A stretch of DNA of 62,882 nt from contig CAXHJY010000960.1 in assembly GCA_964016885.1 (NCBI GenBank), positions 1-62,882 on the forward strand, given 5' to 3'. The notes beneath the pieces were generated by a model that was not told where the DNA came from, did not search any database, and was given only the letters and a program-made list of their open reading frames with translations. Positions 58,301 through 62,882 of this stretch are shown here, piece after piece. A program made the position numbers and the translations under genes. The DNA is from Eledone cirrhosa. Taxonomy: Eukaryota. Numbering within the stretch: position 1 is the stretch's first letter; each line of letters begins with the position of its first letter.

Positions 58301-58766
58301 ATGCCCCTGCATAGTCCCAACGTGCATCCAGGATACCATTCCAATCCCCCACTAAAAGCAGGGAACGGGACGTCCCTAGAAAAGACTCCAGACGCTGGAA
58401 AAAGTCGGGCCGCTCTGTCCCAAAAGGGGCATATGCGGCTATCAGCCTAAAGGCTCTACCTTCACCACTGCCAAGGTCCAGCACCACCAGTCGACCCCCT
58501 GGGTCCAAGTGAACTATCTGTGTTGCAAGGCCCATATGTTTTTGCAGCAGAACGACAACCCCACCCCCACCTCCGGGCTGACAGAGAGATGCGTGCATCT
58601 CAAAGTCGTCAAAGGTGGGGGCTAGCTGTCGCATGCTGCTGATCCGGGCCTCGCAGATAACCATCACATTTATAGATTGTGACCTGAGGTCATTTAGAAG
58701 CATTGCTTGCTTCCAAGACGAGCCCAGGCCACGCGCATTTAGACACCCTACTCTTAGCACAGCCAT
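55329..58766 (-). CDS. LINE ORF2: APE endonuclease + reverse transcriptase + C-terminal Cys/His motif
   Basis: LNARGL, GDWN, SYLDRF, SDHK (APE); KSPGLDG, FRPITLLN, DQSKAFDRVDH, RQGCPLS, YADD (RT); CPRC...ETVAHALVHC; uninterrupted. First ATG at 58766. Confidence 0.95.
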   Translation of the reverse strand: MAVLRVGCLNARGLGSSWKQAMLLNDLRSQSINVMVICEARISSMRQLAPTFDDFEMHASLCQPGGGGGVVVLLQKHMGLATQIVHLDPGGRLVVLDLGSGEGRAFRLIAAYAPFGTERPDFFQRLESFLGTSRSLLLVGDWNGILDARWDYAGACPDREGCNSLKGLLGRFDLADRFRLDFPTVPTWSWSNRSGSSRSYLDRFLVRNKDRDFLSCPEMLMVGYSDHKLVTCMVNLDRTHRQGPGYWKLNLSLPASRAYRNRISTLVKERLTGAIVNSRWWVSLKREIRVVSIEFSKVLAADRNRKERELIDRVEEAIRSGDVARVLASRTALSQFFDAKHEGCVVRSKIRALGNEGAKAVSWARVTEANSGTKSTIRSLRDLDGRAILEPKQMCEAFQRHFARLFGRGGEPVGNVDFGPYLDGLPRLSDREAKSCEEPISAAEIEDVLGQCGKRKSPGLDGLPYELYLAMPDLFPDLLEAVYCNWQQNGRIPCTVTKGVVTLVRKDENKGDEISNFRPITLLNTELQILAKVLAKRLALVVGNLVGDAQTCAIPSRSIHDNLHLMRYIIERVGNEPGFGGALINLDQSKAFDRVDHGYLDAVLAAAGFGPVFRGWITAMHSSRICSRVKVNGYLSEPFKIARSIRQGCPLSSLLYVLTLEPLLRKLELLQGIPLEPGLRKAVSAYADDVTVMVSTASEIEAVGTLLEEYEKFTGAKLNRDKSIGLQLGTWRGRPMPSDGVVGRWTEGPVKLLGVWFGPDLQVEKNWAEVTNRVFALTQKWASCKLSLKGRAEVANTYIASVIYYRLTVVPCPRETLTKMERALFQFLWKGRAPMVRRSICCQHPSKGGLGMPWLMMRKHALRLRHLYVFLTRQPVWAPFVRRTFPRLVSLTELQSWVKQRPRKLGAWHTECAQALTALWQADPVISGDSTATFYRGLVRSRCDDALGEALDMEEDELASLFGRTFSPGPMDNFQKSLAWQCYRGALPVRERLYRHGRPGRDPAKKICPRCVCDEETVAHALVHCSGVADLWGYVEQLLSRVGPIRLTTESIVMIKPPPPFKDEAEAVFLCVIAMAKEVVWWTRLKGLRSGAFLSGQQLVRFFRYHFGRRIRMEREVLHPSRFYERWVKVARMARVNGPSLYISL

Positions 58767-58790
58767 GTTGGTGGTAAAGAGAAAAGGCAC

Positions 58791-60433
58791 TTACCTCTCT
58801 GCGTCCCGGGAAACGGGCCGCTCAATTTCCATGCTGGTTGGGGATGGGTTGTTGGGTGGGGTTGTGGTTTGTGGAAGTGAAGGGGCATCGGTGTGTTGTG
58901 GGGTTGGGGTGTTTGTCGTTGAGTGGGTGTCTGGGTGAGGTGGGGGGGTGAAATTTTTTAGGAGGACGCGGTTGATTGGTTTGGCGCAGGGGGGGCCCAC
59001 GTCCTCCGTGAAATTTATTTTCAGTGTTTTGTACAAGTGCATTGGGACTTTTATCATTTTCAAATGAGGTAGTCCCACAGCAGTTATAAAGTTTGGCCCT
59101 TCGGTTTGGACCGAAGGGTTTGCTGAAATTGTTTTCCGTAATTCTTTGTTGTCTGTGTTCATGTATGTGTATTGTAATGTCTTTTTTTGTGTAGCAGTTA
59201 GTGTTGTGTGACAGGGAGGGGTGGTTTGTGTGTAGTTTGTGTTCTCTTGGGGGGGATTAAAGTTAACATGTGTGTCTGTGGTGCGTCTCCTCTTCTTTCT
59301 TTTTACTTGTTGGAAGGGATCTTTTTCGTCTTGCGACGAAAGAGGTTCGTCTTCCTTGTTGGGTGGGAGGGGTATGTTTTCTGGTAGTGTTTGCGGTGTG
59401 CGTGTTTTTGTATTTGTTTTGGGTGGGGAGGGATTGGGTGGGACAGTATTCTGTGTTATTTTTTCACGTGTTTGTTGTTGTTGTTGTTGTGGTGGTGGTG
59501 GTGGGGTTGTTGGTTTTTGTTGTTGTTGTGGTTGTTTTTGTTGTTGTAGTTGGGGTGGTGTTGGTGTTGGTAGCAGTGTTTTTTTCTGTGTGAGCTGGGG
59601 ACAGGCAGCCCTCAGGTGACCTCTATTGCCACAGAGGTAACAGGAGGGACGCCTACCCTCCACAATAATGTTGAGGTGGGTACGGTCATCCAGCATGACG
59701 CGCTCAGGGATTTGGGCGATGCGTTCTGGCCTTATTTGGGTCAGAACTTCGATGCTCGTTCCACTGAACGCGTCGCCGGATGCCTTCCCTATTGAGATGA
59801 GGTTGTCCTCGTCTAAATTGAGGAAACCGGTTAGTAACCACCAGTAGTTTATGTTTGGGGTGATGGTGGTTATCCATATCCTCTGGGTTTTTTTACCCAT
59901 GTAGGTAGGGAAGAAGGTGTAGTGTGTGGACCGAATTGGCGACACAGAGTATTTTTTTGCCGCCAATTCGTCTTTCATCAATATGGATAAACTCCCATAG
60001 AGTTTATCCTTTTGTATGAAAGTGATGTCTCTCATCGCGTCTTTCAAGACTAACTGAGTTTCCGCTTGAGATGGTTGCGCTGGTTTCTTTGTTTTATTTA
60101 AAATTGTTCGGAATACGACAGTTCGTAATTCCGTCTGTCTTTTTAGCTCCGGAGGTGAATGTATAGAAAACGATCCGTTTTCGCCAAAAGACACATATTT
60201 CTTGGCTTTTTCCAGCATTTCTTTTGCTTTTGAAATATCTTCCAGCACATAAGCGACTGATAATTTAGCCGTTTGTGCAAAAGATATTTTGTTTTCGTTT
60301 TGGATATTAGTATTGTTTTGTTTCTCGTCGTTTGAGTTGTTTTCATCTTTGTTGTTGTTGTTGTCTTTCTCGTTTCGTGTGTGGATACTTGTGACGTTTG
60401 TGTTGTTGTTGTTTTTGTTGTCTTTATTGTTGC

Positions 60434-60464
<31 letters not shown>

Positions 60465-60641
60465 GTTTTCAAATTCTTGTGTAGTTGTGGCTACATCTAG
60501 TGGTCGGTCAACAGGTGAAGACAATTCTTCCTCTCTCTGACCTCTGCCTTTGGCATCTGCTGCTGTGACAGTGGCAGGGGGAAGCTGTGAGTATGACTTC
60601 CCCTTTCCTTCTTTGATTGATGGTGAAGATGATTCAGCCAT
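58791..60641 (-). CDS. LINE ORF1, gag-like nucleic-acid-binding protein with CCHC zinc knuckle
   Basis: CYLCGNRGHLRAAC knuckle preceded by VEGRRPS; N-, Q- and P-rich low-complexity regions; basic KRKKRRR; first ATG at 60641. Confidence 0.85.
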
Positions 60642-60867
60642 TTTTCTCAAAATAGGGTTTTTCGAAGTTTTTCGAAAGATAAAATGTTCACAATACTATT
60701 TCGCCCAAAGGCGCAGAATATTTTGAGAGACCGACCAGATCAAAATTTGACCTGGCAGTCCCTCTACAAAATGATACAAAAATGAAAGTTTACAGTTTAC
60801 AATTTCCGTATGAATTTAAACAAAAACTTACCGAGCGAGCTCAGCACATGTGTCCATCAGATAGATG

Positions 60868-60900
<33 letters not shown>

Positions 60901-61032
60901 AGTGTGAGACAGAAAGGTGTACGGGACTTAGAATATTACAAAGATGGTTAGAAATACATAGAACCACACACACACACACACATATACACACACATGCTTA
61001 TATATATATATATAGATATTCAATATAGAAAT

Positions 61033-61083
61033 GGCTTCTACAAGACTAGAACTGTTTCATTCTGGAGAAATCATCAGGGAGCC
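61033..61083 (-). ncRNA. Type I hammerhead motif (family J relative)
   Basis: Minus: ggctcc CTGATGA tttctccagaat GAAA cag-ttctagtc-ttg T A gaagcc; stem I differs from the 43483 copy but still pairs, with one mismatch. Confidence 0.68.
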
Positions 61084-61234
61084 GATTGAACCCGGGATAA
61101 ACATTTGGTCAATTTAGTTGTAGCGATAAATATAACATGTACATAAATTGTAGCGCATATCCAAATAGATGTGTGTTTTGGTAGATTGGGGAGAAAATAT
61201 AATACATACATAGGTGTAGTTATCTGTTTATTTT

Positions 61235-61279
<45 letters not shown>

Positions 61280-62172
61280 CGGTTCTGATAATTTGGTAAA
61301 CAAGATTTTCTTTTGGCTAAATTTCAGTTTGTTGGTCAATGTAATTGGAATGCCAGTATTTCTCAAGATATCATTTATTACACTTCTGTGTAATAAATGA
61401 TATCTCTAAAATTATGACTCGTAGACAGCATATTGTCTCTGTTGTGGTTATACGTAGGTTTTTTTTCTTATTTTCTTATTTGATTTATTCAAGGCAGTAA
61501 TCGGTAAAGCCTTGGACAAAAGGCTTTGTGGCGTAGAGTTGCGGCCCTTTACCTCTGAGTTCAACTGCCGCCAAGGTTAACTTTGCCTTTCATCCATACG
61601 AGGTCGATAAAATAAAGTACCAGTCACGCACTGGGTCGATTTAGTCGACTTTCCCCTTTCTCCCAAAATTGCTGGCCTTGTGCCTAAATCAGAAACCATT
61701 ATTTGATTTCTTCAAGGCAGTAATCGGTAGAGTTTCGGGCAACATGCTTTGTGGTATATAGTTACGGCCCTTTATGATCTGAGTTCAAATCCCGCCGAGG
61801 TTAGCTTTGCCTTTCATCCTTACGGGGGTCTATTAATAAAAGCACCAAAATTGTTGGCCTTCTGTATAAATAATTGTTTCTACTTTTGGCATAAGGTCAG
61901 CAATTATTCCAGTGCATTACTGGTACTGTATTTTATCTACCCCGTATGGATGAAAGGCAAAGTTAACCTCGGCAGGATTTGAACTCAGGCCGTAAAGGGA
62001 CGTAACTCTATGCTGGAAAGCATGGCGTCAGACCCTCTACCGATACTGCCAATCCACCGCCCTCTTGTGTCTAAATAATAAAACATTATTTGATTTTTTC
62101 TTGTAGGGAAAGGACTGGTTTCTAACGAAGAAACAAAGTTCCATGATTGGTATTTGGTATTTCGAAATAAAA

Positions 62173-62440
62173 TTAGTGTCGAGTATCACGTGTACTTTTA
62201 AAACGTTTTGAAATGTTTAACTGTTCTTCTTGAACACTCCTATATGTACGGAGGTGACTTTTCAATCCTGCTACAGACTTACAAGGTTTTTGGCATAAGT
62301 AACAGATGTACGCCAATATATGTACTGGGTTTATTGGATCAGGATGTGAAATTTCATGTTGATGAACCTTCATATGGCGTTTTAACTCGGAGGTTGTCTT
62401 ACATATCTTGCTACAAATTAAATAAGTAGTCACGTGGAGA
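62173..62440 (-). pseudogene. Older RTE-like C-terminal fragment with two C2H2-like fingers
   Basis: ICSKICKTTSELKRHMKVH and CYLCQKPCKSVAGLKSHLRTY. Confidence 0.5.
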
Positions 62441-62501
62441 CTTGCAACATTATCTGCCTCTCCCTTCATCCATCCATCCATATAATACATACATACATAC
62501 A

Positions 62502-62882
62502 TGGTGGCTGCCAACTCGTTTTCGAGTACGGCCACTACTTTATATCCATGTCGGAGAACCCCTAGCGATGCGCTGAACAAGTGTGACTTTTTAGTCCAGC
62601 CAGCGACTTGAACACTCTGGTACAAACACTACACTTGTGACAATTATTGACACATAGTGCTGGGCCCATGGTACCATGTGACGACAAGTGCAGAGAGATC
62701 TCCAGATATAAAGCAATGCCTGTGCCGTGAAGCTTTTATAGTGAGCAAAGGCACTGCACAAAGCCAGTCCCACTCTCTTAACCAAGATGATATTTACCAA
62801 AAAGAAGAACAAGTCAACATCATTGGATACCATCAGGGTTGCAGGTGTTATATCAGAGTTTTCCTTCTCCTAGAATTCTGCC
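62502..62882 (-). mobile_element. Third copy of the RTE-derived element, cut by the window end
   Basis: Near-identical to 17157-17535; (CATA)n tail at 62486-62501. Confidence 0.8.

Larger units (their letters stand above)
55065..60859 (-). mobile_element. Full-length Tx1/L1-clade non-LTR retrotransposon inserted in (GATA)n
   Basis: Two intact ORFs, about 200 nt 5' UTR, 3' UTR ending AATAAAAGAAAC, (GATA)n on both flanks (54978-55064 and 60860-60899). Confidence 0.92.

Overview
AT-rich, extremely microsatellite-dense eukaryotic DNA. The SINE, LINE and simple-repeat content suggests a cephalopod (Octopus-like) genome, which is inference only. There is one clear host gene, an intronless ZIP (SLC39A subfamily II) metal transporter at 13816-15057 (+), and one apparently intact Tx1/L1-clade LINE at about 55065-60859 (-) lying in (GATA)n. 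Other elements are RTE, R4/Dong-like, CR1-like and Penelope-like (PLE) fragments, many tRNA-head SINEs with a Deu/Nin-like core, and hAT MITEs. Almost all other ORFs in the track are microsatellite artefacts. The main signal the ORF track misses: about 20 complete type-I hammerhead ribozyme motifs (read by eye) from about 10 sequence families. They mostly sit in short elements in or next to (TA)n, many as long palindromes with an unpaired tail. Decayed PLE GIY-YIG and RT-thumb coding fragments occur in the same setting. Several retroelement families each occupy a different microsatellite: (TA)n, (GATA)n or (CATA)n. All coordinates were read by eye and may be off by a few bases.
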